This document shows, piece by piece, positions 38,529-47,641 of a DNA stretch of 64,000 bases (its first letter is position 1; every line of letters starts with the position of its first letter). This DNA is from an uncultured Actinomycetes bacterium (GTDB lineage: Bacteria > Actinomycetota > Thermoleophilia > Gaiellales > JAICJC01). Position numbers and translations under genes: made by a program. The notes under the pieces are model-generated. The model worked only from the letters and a program-made list of their open reading frames with translations. It made no database searches and was not told the DNA's origin. Where the stretch lies: positions 489 through 64,488 of the forward strand of contig CAWJLQ010000010.1 in the NCBI GenBank assembly GCA_963843705.1. Reading direction: 5' to 3'.

Positions 38529-39520
38529 CGGCTTCATCGTCACCCTGATCAAGGCGATCGTCCTGGCCAACCTCGTGATGGGCGTCTTCGCGCTGCTGAC
38601 CTGGGCCGAGCGGCGCCTGCTGGGCCGCTTCCAGGTCCGCCTGGGACCGAACCGGGTCGGCCCCTTCGGCCTGCTGCAGCCCATCGCCGACCTGGTCAAG
38701 CTGATCCGCAAGGAGAGCCTGATGCCGGTCGGCGTGAACCCGCTGCTCTACCTGACGGCGCCGCTCGTCTCGCTCTTCGCGTCGCTGGCCGTGTTCGCGG
38801 TGATCCCCTTCGGCGGCCAGGCGACGATCCCCGGCACCGACTACAAGATCTTCCTGTGGATCTCCAACCCGGGCGTCGCGCTGCTGGTCGTCTTCGCGCT
38901 CGGCTCGCTCAGCTTCTACGGGTTCCTGGTCGGCGGCTGGTCGTCGAGCTCGAAGTACAGCCTGCTCGGCTCGATGCGGGCCGTGTCGCAGCTGATCTCC
39001 TACGAGGTCAGCCTGGCCCTCGCGGTGATCGGGGTGGTCATGATGAGCCACTCGCTCTCGCTGACCCGGATCGTCGCCTCGCAGCACCAGGGCAGCAGCC
39101 TGCCCTACATCATCCCGCAGTTCCTCGGGTTCCTCGTGTACGTGGTGGCCTCGACCGCGGAGACGAGCCGCATCCCCTTCGACCTGCCCGAGGCGGAGGG
39201 CGAGCTGGTCGCCGGCTACCACACCGAGTACGGCGGCATGCGCTTCGCGATGTTCCAGAACGCCGAGTACGTGGCGCTGATCGCCTTCTCTGCCGTGGCG
39301 TCCATCCTCTTCCTCGGCGGCTACGGCTGGCCGTGGCTGCCCGGCCCGATCTGGATGGTGCTCGAGATGTCCGATCTTCATCTTCGTGGCGATGTGGCTG
39401 CGGGCGACCCTGCCGCGCGTGCGCTATGACAAGCTCATGGTGATCGGCTGGAAGGTGCTCCTGCCGCTGGCCACCGTCAACCTGCTGGTCACGTCAGTGA
39501 TCGTCGCCTGGAGGGCATAG
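38521..39520 (+). pseudogene. nuoH: nuoH, interrupted as assembled: conserved C-terminus ([31 protein letters not shown]) lies in the +1 frame from about 39374
   Basis: Frame A reads NuoH-like sequence to [11 protein letters not shown], then nonsense to TGA 39429. Frame A+1 from 39374 to TAG 39520 gives the canonical NuoH end. Confidence 0.7.
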
Positions 39521-39521
39521 T

Positions 39522-39676
39522 GGGCCTTCTCGCGATGTCAGGCCCGTTCTGGCGGCTGCAAACCATCGCGCTGAGGCGTCCTCGGACGGCGTCGTGCAAA
39601 GCACTGCCGCCGTCCGTCGTCCTTTCATCGCTCGGTTTTCGCTCGCCATCTCCAAACCACCATCACGAGAAGGTCC
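39522..39676 (+). repeat. 155-nt structured spacer between nuoH and nuoI, related to the 34036 element
   Basis: Terminal pairing GGGCCTTCTCG (39522-32) with CGAGAAGGTCC (39666-76, one G-U). Inner hairpin CGGACGGCG (39583-91) / CGCCGTCCG (39608-16). CGCTCGGTTTTCGC matches the 34126-39 segment of the nuoD-nuoE element at 13 of 14 positions. Confidence 0.65.
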
Positions 39677-39683
39677 ACTGACG

Positions 39684-40178
39684 ATGCCGGTCACCGATTC
39701 GGTCAAGGGCTTCGGCGTCACGTTCCGACACCTGTTCCGCAAGCCCGTCACCCAGCAGTACCCCGAGTACAAGCGCCCCGTCTACCCGCGCTTCCGCGGC
39801 CGCCACCGCCTGCACCGGCACGAGAACGGCCTCGAGAAGTGCGTCGGCTGCTCGCTCTGCGCCGCCGCCTGCCCGGCCGACTGCATCCGCGTCGTCGCGG
39901 CGGAGAACACCGAGCAGGAGCGCTACTCGGCGGGCGAGCGCTACGCCCGCATCTACGAGATCAACATGAGCCGCTGCATCTTCTGCGGCTACTGCGAGCT
40001 GGCCTGCCCCTTCGACGCGATCACGCTCGGCCACGACTACGAGCTGGCCGAGATGTCGCGCGACGCGATGGTCTACACGAAGGACATGCTGCTCGAGCCG
40101 ATGCACCCGAGCCGGACGACGCCGGTCGCCCCCTCCGACCCGTTCGACGTGGTGGAGCCGGCGGGAGGCGAGGCGTGA
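39684..40178 (+). CDS. nuoI: NADH-quinone oxidoreductase subunit I
   Basis: [12 protein letters not shown] and [12 protein letters not shown]. Confidence 0.93.
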   Translation: MPVTDSVKGFGVTFRHLFRKPVTQQYPEYKRPVYPRFRGRHRLHRHENGLEKCVGCSLCAAACPADCIRVVAAENTEQERYSAGERYARIYEINMSRCIFCGYCELACPFDAITLGHDYELAEMSRDAMVYTKDMLLEPMHPSRTTPVAPSDPFDVVEPAGGEA

Positions 40179-40819
40179 CCTACGACATCGTCTTCGTCGT
40201 CGCGTCGGTGGTCGCGATCGTCGCGGCGCTGACCGTGGTGCTGTCCGGCAACCCGTTCATCTCGTCGCTGTCGCTGATCGCGAACCTGATCGCGCTCGCC
40301 ACCTTCTACCTGCTGCTGCAGTCCGACTTCCTGGCCGCCGCGCAGGTGATCGTGTACGCCGGGGCGGTGATGATCATGTTCCTGTTCGTCACCGCCTACC
40401 TGGGCGGCAGAGCCGACGAGCCGACCCGTGAGCGGCCGGTCTGGCAGACGCTCGGGGCGCTCGCCGCCGCCGCCGCGGTCGCGGCCGAGATCGTGTTCGG
40501 CGTCGCCCGCCAGAGCTTCCTGCACGGCCCCGTCGTGAGCGACGCCTTCGGCGCCCCGCAGGCGATCGCCGGCCGCTTCCTGGGCCGCTACCTGCTCGCG
40601 TTCGAGGGCACCTCGATCCTGCTCCTGATCGCGGCGGTCGGCGGCGTCGTCCTGGCCACCCGCCGGCCGGCGCCGCGCGGCGCGGACGAGCCGGGTGCGT
40701 TCGAGGTCGTCCGGGCCGAGCCGGTGCCGTCGCTGCAGTCGTCGGTGATGGACCGCGAGACTCGCTTCGACGTCGTGCACACGGGGGCGCCCGCCGAGGA
40801 CGAGCAGGCGGACGCCTGA
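40175..40819 (+). CDS. nuoJ: NADH-quinone oxidoreductase subunit J
   Basis: [19 protein letters not shown]; GTGA overlap with nuoI. Confidence 0.9.
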   Translation: MTYDIVFVVASVVAIVAALTVVLSGNPFISSLSLIANLIALATFYLLLQSDFLAAAQVIVYAGAVMIMFLFVTAYLGGRADEPTRERPVWQTLGALAAAAAVAAEIVFGVARQSFLHGPVVSDAFGAPQAIAGRFLGRYLLAFEGTSILLLIAAVGGVVLATRRPAPRGADEPGAFEVVRAEPVPSLQSSVMDRETRFDVVHTGAPAEDEQADA

Positions 40820-41124
40820 TGCACGTCGGTATCCAGTGGTTCATCTTCGTGTCGGCCGTCCTCTTCGGGATCGGCCTGTACGGCGTCTTCACCCGCCGCA
40901 GCCCGCTGATCCTGCTGCTCTCCGTCGAGATCATGCTGAACGCCTGCAACCTGGCGCTGATCTCCTTCTCGCGCTACCTGGGCGAGCAGTCGGGGCAGGT
41001 GTTCGCGCTGGTCGTGATGGCCGTGGCCGCGTCCGAGGTCGTCGTCGGGCTCGGGCTGGTGGTCGCCGTCGCCAGGCGCAAGGCCGACCTCGACGTCGAC
41101 CGGATGACGGGGCTGAGGCATTGA
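40819..41124 (+). CDS. nuoK: NADH-quinone oxidoreductase subunit K
   Basis: LLSVEIMLNACNLALI...AASEVVVGL. Confidence 0.93.
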   Translation: MHVGIQWFIFVSAVLFGIGLYGVFTRRSPLILLLSVEIMLNACNLALISFSRYLGEQSGQVFALVVMAVAASEVVVGLGLVVAVARRKADLDVDRMTGLRH

Positions 41125-41143
41125 TGGCGGAGACGGCCGTCTG

Positions 41144-43042
41144 ATGGAGACGCTCGCCTGGATCTGCCTGTTCGCGCCGCTGGCCGGCGTCGTGCTGCTG
41201 ACGCTGGCCGGCTCGCGCATCTCCCGCACCGCCGCCGCCTGGGCGGGGACGCTGCTCGCGTTCGCGGCGTTCGCCGCCGCCGTCGCCGAGTTCGTCCAGA
41301 TCCTGGGCGAGAACGCCTCGCAGCGCGCCCACACCTACACGCTCTACACCTGGGCCGGGTCGCCGACGTTCAAGGTGCCGCTGGCGGTGCTCGTCGACCC
41401 GCTCTCGGTCACCGAGATGCTGATCGTCGCCGGGGTCGGGGCCGTGATCGTCATGTACTCGATCGGCTACATGCACGGCGACCCGAAGGAGCGCCGCTTC
41501 TTCGTCTACCTCGACCTGTTCCTGTTCTCGATGCTGCTCCTGGTGATGTCGGCCAACTTCGTGCTGCTCCTGGCCGGCTGGGGCCTGGTCGGCCTCTCGT
41601 CGTACCTCCTGATCGGGTTCTGGCACGAGCGGCCGGAGCCGGTCGCGGCGGCCAAGAAGGCGTTCGTGATGAACGCGATCGGCGACGTCGGCATCGTCGT
41701 GGCGATCTTCTTCATGGTGCGCGACCTCGGCACGACCGACTTCGCCGCGGTCTTCCACCTCGGCCCGCAGCACTGGGCGAAGGGCTCCGCCGACGCCAAC
41801 TGGGTGGCCGCGGGGCTGCTGATCGGAGCGATCGCCAAGTCGGCCCAGATCCCGCTCCACACCTGGCTTCCCGACGCGATGGAGGGCCCCACCCCGGTCT
41901 CCGCCCTGATCCACGCCGCCACCATGGTGACCGCCGGCGTCTACCTGGTCGCGCGCACGCACGTGCTGTTCGCAAACGCCCCGGACATCCAGGCGCTGGT
42001 GGCGCTGCTCGGCCTCGCCACCCTGCTCATGGCCGGCGTCATCGCCCTCGTCCAGACCGACATCAAGCGGATCATCGCCTACTCCACGATGAGCCAGATC
42101 GGCTACATGTTCACCGCGGTCGGCGTGGGCGCCTACGCGGCGGGCATGTTCCACCTGCTGACGCACGCCTTCTTCAAGGCCCTGCTCTTCCTCGGAGCCG
42201 GCATCGTCATCCACGCGCTGGGCGGCGAGCAGGACGTGCGCCGCATGGGCGGGCTCGGCTCGGCGCTGCCGAAGACGAAGTGGCTGATGTGGGTCGGCAC
42301 CGTCGCGCTGATCGGGTTCTGGCCGCTCTCCAAGGACGGCATCCTGGCCGGCGCGCTGCAGAAGGGCGGGACGACGGCGATCCTGGTCTGGGCCGGCGGT
42401 CTGGTGGGCGCCTTCTTCACCGGCGTCTACGCCACCCGCCTGATGCGGCTGACCTTCTACGGCGAGCGCTCGCATTACGCGACGGAGCACCTGCACACCG
42501 ACCACGGCGAGGCGCCGTGGGTGATGTTCTGGCCGGTGCTCGCGCTCGCCGTCGGCGCCGTCCTCTCCGGCTTCCTCGCCATCGGCTTCGGGATCAACAC
42601 GACGTTCGGGACATGGCTCGAGCGCGTGGCGCCAGCGATCGAGCCGACGACGCCGCAGGACCTGCTGACGACGGCGATCGCGTGGTCGGCCGGCGGCGCG
42701 GGCGCCCTGCTCACCTGGCGCGCCTACGCCGACCCCGGCCTGCTCGAGCGGCTGAAGCGCCCGTTCGGGGCGCTCATCACCGCGTCGGAGCACAAGTTCT
42801 ACTGGGACGAGGCGTACGACCGGTTCGCCTACGCCCCCGCCGCGGCGGTGGCCTCGGGGCTCTACCGCTTCGTCGAGCGGTGGCTGATCTGGGGCACGGT
42901 CGACCTGGTCGCGTGGATCGTGGGGGCGTTCGCCCGCGGCACCGCAGATGCGCAGTCCGGCGTGGTGCGCGAGTACGCGGCCGTGCTCGCGGCCGGCGCC
43001 GCGGTTCTCGGGGTCTACTTCCTGTCGAGGGCGACGCTGTGA
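41144..43042 (+). CDS. nuoL: NADH-quinone oxidoreductase subunit L
   Basis: 632 aa; WLPDAMEGPTPVSALIHAATMVTAG. Confidence 0.95.
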   Translation: METLAWICLFAPLAGVVLLTLAGSRISRTAAAWAGTLLAFAAFAAAVAEFVQILGENASQRAHTYTLYTWAGSPTFKVPLAVLVDPLSVTEMLIVAGVGAVIVMYSIGYMHGDPKERRFFVYLDLFLFSMLLLVMSANFVLLLAGWGLVGLSSYLLIGFWHERPEPVAAAKKAFVMNAIGDVGIVVAIFFMVRDLGTTDFAAVFHLGPQHWAKGSADANWVAAGLLIGAIAKSAQIPLHTWLPDAMEGPTPVSALIHAATMVTAGVYLVARTHVLFANAPDIQALVALLGLATLLMAGVIALVQTDIKRIIAYSTMSQIGYMFTAVGVGAYAAGMFHLLTHAFFKALLFLGAGIVIHALGGEQDVRRMGGLGSALPKTKWLMWVGTVALIGFWPLSKDGILAGALQKGGTTAILVWAGGLVGAFFTGVYATRLMRLTFYGERSHYATEHLHTDHGEAPWVMFWPVLALAVGAVLSGFLAIGFGINTTFGTWLERVAPAIEPTTPQDLLTTAIAWSAGGAGALLTWRAYADPGLLERLKRPFGALITASEHKFYWDEAYDRFAYAPAAAVASGLYRFVERWLIWGTVDLVAWIVGAFARGTADAQSGVVREYAAVLAAGAAVLGVYFLSRATL

Positions 43043-44496
43043 CGACCGCGCTCGTCGTCCTCCCGCTCGCCGGCGCGCTCGTCGTCGGGCTGCTGCCGCT
43101 GGGGCGCCGCCAGACCGAGGCGCTCGCGCTGCTGGTGGCGCTGGCGGAGGTCGTGCTGGGCGCGGTGGCGCTGGTGGGCTTCAAGGTCGGCGGCGGCATC
43201 CAGTACGTCCAGAACACGCAGTGGGTCTCCCACTTCGGCGACGCCGCACCCATCCGCTACCACGTCGGCATGGACGGCCTCTCGCTCTTCATGATGCTGC
43301 TCACCGCCGTGGGCATCGCCGCGGCGATCGGCGCGGCGATGGTGGCCGGGCGCGCGCGCCCGCGCGCCTACATGGGCCTCCTGCTCCTGCTCGAGTCGGC
43401 CCTCGTCCTGCTCTTCACCGCCCAGGACCTGGTGCTGTTCTACGTCGGCTGGGAGGTGATGATGATCCCGCTCTACATCCTGATGGGCGTGTGGGGCGGG
43501 GACGGCCGCCGCCGGGCGACGCTCCAGTTCGTCGTCTACACGATGGTCGGGTCGCTCCTCATGCTGACCGCGATCGCGGTGCTGGGCGTGTCGGCGCACT
43601 CGTTCGAGCTCGACGCGCTGACGGCGTCGCCGCACGAGTCGACCTGGCTCTTCCTGGCCTTCGCGGCGGCGTTCTGCATCAAGGCGCCGCTCTTCCCCCT
43701 GCACGGGTGGCTGCCCTCCGCCTACCGCGAGTCGACGCCCGAGGTGACCGCGCTCCTCTCCGGAGTCATCTCCAAGGCCGGCGCCTACGGCCTGCTGCGG
43801 TTCGCGCTGCCGCTGTTCCCGAAGGTCGCCCACGACTGGCGCTGGGTCTTCCTGGGGCTCGGCCTGGCGGGGCTCCTGTACGGGGCGCTGGTGGCGTTCC
43901 GCCAGCCGGACGCCCGCGGCGTCGTCGCCTACTCGAGCCTGTCGCAGATGAACCTGATCGTGATCGGGATCTTCGTCTTCAACGTGAACGGCGTCACCGG
44001 CGCGACGCTGCAGATGGTGAATCACGGCGTCGTCTCGCTGGCCGCGTTCCTGCTGATCGGCCTGATCGAGCTGCGCGCCGGCAGCGACGGCTTCCGCGTC
44101 CTCGGCGGGCTCTCGAACCGCCGCCCGGTGATGTCGACGGTGCTCCTGATCGCCGCGCTATGGGCGCTCGCGGTGCCGGGGTCGAGCATCTTCGTGTCCG
44201 AGCTCTACATCCTGATCGGCGCGTTCCAGCAGCAGGCGGTGCTGGGCGCCGCGGCGGCGTGCGGGATCGTGCTCGCGGCCATGTACATGCTGCGCTGGTA
44301 CTCGGCGCTGGCGCACGAGGACAACGGGGAGCGCGTCAGCGACGAGACGCCCGACCTGCGCCTGCCCGAGCTCGCGATCGCGGTGCCGCTCGTCCTGATC
44401 CTGCTCGCGATGACCGCCTATCCGTACGGCGTCATGCGCCGGATCGCGGACTCCCAGGTCGGCTTCGGCGTCCCGGCGAAGGTGCAGAAGCTGTGA
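43039..44496 (+). CDS. nuoM: NADH-quinone oxidoreductase subunit M
   Basis: FYVGWEVMMIPLY and HGWLPSAY; GTGA overlap with nuoL. Confidence 0.95.
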   Translation: MTTALVVLPLAGALVVGLLPLGRRQTEALALLVALAEVVLGAVALVGFKVGGGIQYVQNTQWVSHFGDAAPIRYHVGMDGLSLFMMLLTAVGIAAAIGAAMVAGRARPRAYMGLLLLLESALVLLFTAQDLVLFYVGWEVMMIPLYILMGVWGGDGRRRATLQFVVYTMVGSLLMLTAIAVLGVSAHSFELDALTASPHESTWLFLAFAAAFCIKAPLFPLHGWLPSAYRESTPEVTALLSGVISKAGAYGLLRFALPLFPKVAHDWRWVFLGLGLAGLLYGALVAFRQPDARGVVAYSSLSQMNLIVIGIFVFNVNGVTGATLQMVNHGVVSLAAFLLIGLIELRAGSDGFRVLGGLSNRRPVMSTVLLIAALWALAVPGSSIFVSELYILIGAFQQQAVLGAAAACGIVLAAMYMLRWYSALAHEDNGERVSDETPDLRLPELAIAVPLVLILLAMTAYPYGVMRRIADSQVGFGVPAKVQKL

Positions 44497-45947
44497 TCCA
44501 CACGATCCCCGTCTCGTTCACTGCCATCGGCCCGGAGATCATCCTGCTGGGGACGGCGGCGGTCCTGCTCGTGACGATGATCTTCCTGCCGGACGAGCCG
44601 GCCCGGCTCCTCTCCGCCGGGGCGACCGTCGCGGCCTTCACGGCGGCGACGGTGTGGGCGGCGGCCTCGTTCCACGACCATGCCCGGGCGCCGTTCGACC
44701 ACACGCTGCGCATCGACGCCTTCGGGCAGGGCGGCCGCATGCTCGTGTTCGTGGCGGCGATCGTCGCGGTGGCGTTCTCGTGGGGGATGCGCGACCTGCG
44801 CGAGCGCGGCGTCGAGTACCACGTCCTGCTCCTGACCGCGGGCGCCGGCATGTCGCTGCTCTGCGTCGCCAACAGCTTCGTGACGGCGTTCGTCGCGCTC
44901 GAGCTCTTCTCGCTCGCCCTCTACGTGCTGGTGGCGATCGAGACCGACGACCTGCGCTCGCTCGAAGGCGGCCTCAAGTACCTGATCATCGGCTCGATCG
45001 GAGCGGCCTTCCTGCTCTACGGAGCGGCGCTCACCTACGGCGCCAGCGGGCAGCTCGAGTTCGACCGCATCCACTCGGCCCTCGCGGCCGGCGACCGCCA
45101 CGACGTGCTCGTGCTGATCGGCCTGACGCTCGTGCTCGTCGGCCTCGGCTTCAAGGCCAACGCGGCGCCGTTCCACATGTGGACGCCGGACGCCTACGAG
45201 GGCGCGCCGACGCCGGTGACGGCGTTCATGTCGGCGGCGACGAAGGTCGTCGCGCTCGTGTTCGCGCTGCGGGTGCTCGTGACGGCGTTCCCGCGCCAGT
45301 CCGACGTGTGGCAGATCGGCGTGGCCGGGATCGTGATCGCCTCGTTCGCCGTGGGCAACCTGGGCGCCCTGCGCCAGGCGAACGTGAAGCGGATGCTCGC
45401 CTACTCGACCGTCGGCCACTCGGGCTTCCTGCTCACCGCCGTGGCCGCCCACAGCGTGCTCGGCACGCGGGCGCTGCTCTACTACCTGACGGTCTACGGG
45501 GCGATGAACCTGGGCGCCTTCGGCATCGTGGCGGTGCGCGAGCGCGAGATCGGCCGGCCCGTCGAGATCGCCGACTTCGGCGGCTGGGGCTACCGGCGGC
45601 CGCTGCTTGGGGCCTGCATGCTCGTGTGCATGCTCTCGCTGGCGGGCTTCCCGCCGACGGGCGGCTTCCTGGGCAAGCTCTACATCTTCTCCGCCGCCGC
45701 CCAGAACGGCCAGGCCTGGCTCGCCGTGGCCGGCGTCGTGGCGACGATGGTCGGGCTCGTGTACTACCTGAAGGTGCCGTTCGCCCTCTACGACCGCGAC
45801 GCGACCGTGCCCCAGGCGACGCCGGGGCCGGCCTTCGGCCTGACCGCCTCGGCGGCGGCGCTCGCGACCCTGGCCGTGCTCGTGCTCGGCATCGTGCCGA
45901 CGCCGCTGATCGACCTGGCGCGCACCGCGTCGAGCTCGCTGTTCTAG
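44493..45947 (+). CDS. nuoN: NADH-quinone oxidoreductase subunit N
   Basis: FHMWTPDAYEGAPTPVTAF; GTGA overlap with nuoM. Confidence 0.93.
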   Translation: MIHTIPVSFTAIGPEIILLGTAAVLLVTMIFLPDEPARLLSAGATVAAFTAATVWAAASFHDHARAPFDHTLRIDAFGQGGRMLVFVAAIVAVAFSWGMRDLRERGVEYHVLLLTAGAGMSLLCVANSFVTAFVALELFSLALYVLVAIETDDLRSLEGGLKYLIIGSIGAAFLLYGAALTYGASGQLEFDRIHSALAAGDRHDVLVLIGLTLVLVGLGFKANAAPFHMWTPDAYEGAPTPVTAFMSAATKVVALVFALRVLVTAFPRQSDVWQIGVAGIVIASFAVGNLGALRQANVKRMLAYSTVGHSGFLLTAVAAHSVLGTRALLYYLTVYGAMNLGAFGIVAVREREIGRPVEIADFGGWGYRRPLLGACMLVCMLSLAGFPPTGGFLGKLYIFSAAAQNGQAWLAVAGVVATMVGLVYYLKVPFALYDRDATVPQATPGPAFGLTASAAALATLAVLVLGIVPTPLIDLARTASSSLF

Positions 45948-45957
45948 CCGCGTGTGC

Positions 45958-45978
45958 CGGCGGGGCCAGGCCCCGCCG
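45958..45978. terminator. Bidirectional GC hairpin CGGCGGGGCC-A-GGCCCCGCCG after nuoN
   Basis: 10-bp inverted repeat between convergent stops 45947 and 45980. Confidence 0.55.
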
Positions 45979-45979
45979 C

Positions 45980-46237
45980 TCAGAGCGCACCGACGGCGGC
46001 GGCGATGCCGGCGACGATGACCACCCCGCCCTGGACGGGGATGCCGATCACGACCATGCAGAGGCACATCGCGCCGAGCCGGTGCAGGCGGGCGTGAACC
46101 CCCGTGCTGCGGCGAGGCGGCCCGATCTGCTCCTGCGCCCAGCGATACAGACCGGTGCGCGTCGAGATCCAGTACACCACCCCGACGTCCGCTCCAAGGA
46201 GCGCGATGACGACGACCGCCGCGACGACTGCACTCAC
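45980..46237 (-). CDS. Small membrane protein (2-3 TM)
   Basis: 85-aa ORF with hydrophobic segments and moderately good GC3. Confidence 0.45.
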   Translation of the reverse strand: MSAVVAAVVVIALLGADVGVVYWISTRTGLYRWAQEQIGPPRRSTGVHARLHRLGAMCLCMVVIGIPVQGGVVIVAGIAAAVGAL

Positions 46238-46274
46238 CGTTCCACTCTACGGCCGGACGCCGGAGTTGTGATGG

Positions 46275-47024
46275 TCAGGCGGGGTCGGAGACGACGATCC
46301 GAAGGCCCGTGTCCAGGTGGGCGAGGCGGCGCAGGTGGCCGTGACGGGCGTCCCACGCGCCGGACGCAAGGTCGCGGCGCAGGCGGGCGACCCCGACGGC
46401 CGCCTGCCGCCCGGGAAGCAGCCGGAAGGCCGAGATGTTGCGCCGCACCTGCGGGTCGAGGTAGGCCTCCGGCCGGGCCAGGAACGCTTCCGGGAAGCCG
46501 TCGAGGCAGTCGACCGGGACTCGCAGCGGCGTGATCTCGGTACGCCCACCAAGCCGCTCGGCGATCGCCTCCGGCCGCAGCTCGCGCCGGGCGGCGAAGG
46601 CCATGCCGGGGAAGTACTCGGCGGTCAGCCACAGCCGGTCGATCACCTGCGCGTCGCCCGCCACCACGACCACGCGCCGGGCGACTCGGCGCAGCTCGCC
46701 CAGACCGGCCGCCGGGTCGTCCCAGTGATGCACCGTGTGCAGCGCCATCGCGGCGTCGAAGCTGCCGTCGACGAACGGCAGCCGCTCGGCCGCCGCCAGC
46801 ACCGCCGGGGCGGCGTCCGCCGGCCGCTGGGCGACCATCACGGGCGACGGCTCGACCGCCAGCACGGTGCGGTCGTGCGGCTCGTACGCGCCGGCGCCGG
46901 CGCCGACGTTGAGGAGCGTGCGGCCGTCGCCCAGGGCGGCGTGGATCTGGACCGCGAGCTGGGGATCCTCGCGGCGGGTCGCGGTGTAGGTGGTCCCCAA
47001 CCGGTCGTACCACGGCATATCCAT
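46275..47024 (-). CDS. Class I SAM-dependent methyltransferase
   Basis: From MDMPWYDRLG. LLNVGAGAGAYE motif I and FDAAMALHTVHHW. Confidence 0.8.
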   Translation of the reverse strand: MDMPWYDRLGTTYTATRREDPQLAVQIHAALGDGRTLLNVGAGAGAYEPHDRTVLAVEPSPVMVAQRPADAAPAVLAAAERLPFVDGSFDAAMALHTVHHWDDPAAGLGELRRVARRVVVVAGDAQVIDRLWLTAEYFPGMAFAARRELRPEAIAERLGGRTEITPLRVPVDCLDGFPEAFLARPEAYLDPQVRRNISAFRLLPGRQAAVGVARLRRDLASGAWDARHGHLRRLAHLDTGLRIVVSDPA

Positions 47025-47026
47025 AG

Positions 47027-47050
47027 CGCGCGTACTATATAGCACGCGCG
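47027..47050. promoter_or_regulatory. 24-bp near-perfect palindrome CGCGCGTACTATATAGCACGCGCG abutting the methyltransferase ATG (possible -10 / operator)
   Basis: 11 of 12 mirrored pairs are complementary. AT-rich core TATATA/TATAGT lies 9 nt upstream of ATG 47024 on the minus strand. Confidence 0.4.
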
Positions 47051-47070
47051 TGATGGAGGCTCGGAGAGAG

Positions 47071-47259
47071 CTAGCCGGCGGGGCGGCGCCGCCAGCGGAC
47101 GAGGCCGGCCTGATGACAGGCGCCGAACACCAGCACGAAGGCGAGCGCCGCGCTGACGGCGCCTCCGACTCCCGCCGAGATCGCCCCGATCTCGACCGCG
47201 ATCGCCGCCGGGAGGGCGACGACCGCCGAACGACGCTTGCTGGGCTGCCGGGTGTGCAT
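47071..47259 (-). CDS. 62-aa membrane protein
   Basis: Strong SD AAGGAGG 6 nt upstream of ATG 47259. High GC3 and one long hydrophobic stretch. Confidence 0.55.
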   Translation of the reverse strand: MHTRQPSKRRSAVVALPAAIAVEIGAISAGVGGAVSAALAFVLVFGACHQAGLVRWRRRPAG

Positions 47260-47641
47260 GTACCGCCTCCTTCTGGGTGACGCCGGTCGCTCTCGACGAT
47301 AGGAGCCCGCCGGACGCCCGTCATCGGCGCCGCGGCGGAACCGGACCCCGTCGCGAGGAGGATCTGCGGCTCGCCCGCCCGGCGGATGCGCGGCGGGCGG
47401 TCGGGCGGTACGGTTGGAGCGATGGAGGAGTCGGTGCGGCAGGCGGTTCGCTCCGAACGTGTGCGCCGCGCTGCCGGCGCCCGATCGGCGCGATGATCGC
47501 CGTCACCGCCTCGGGCGGCCTGCTGGTCGCCGTCGCCTCTCCCCACCAGGCGCCGTTCGAGGTGTTCGTCGGCTCCGTCCTCGCCGCCTACTCGATCGGC
47601 GCGCACGTCGCCGGGCGGCGTGCCTACGTGGCGCCGGGCTG

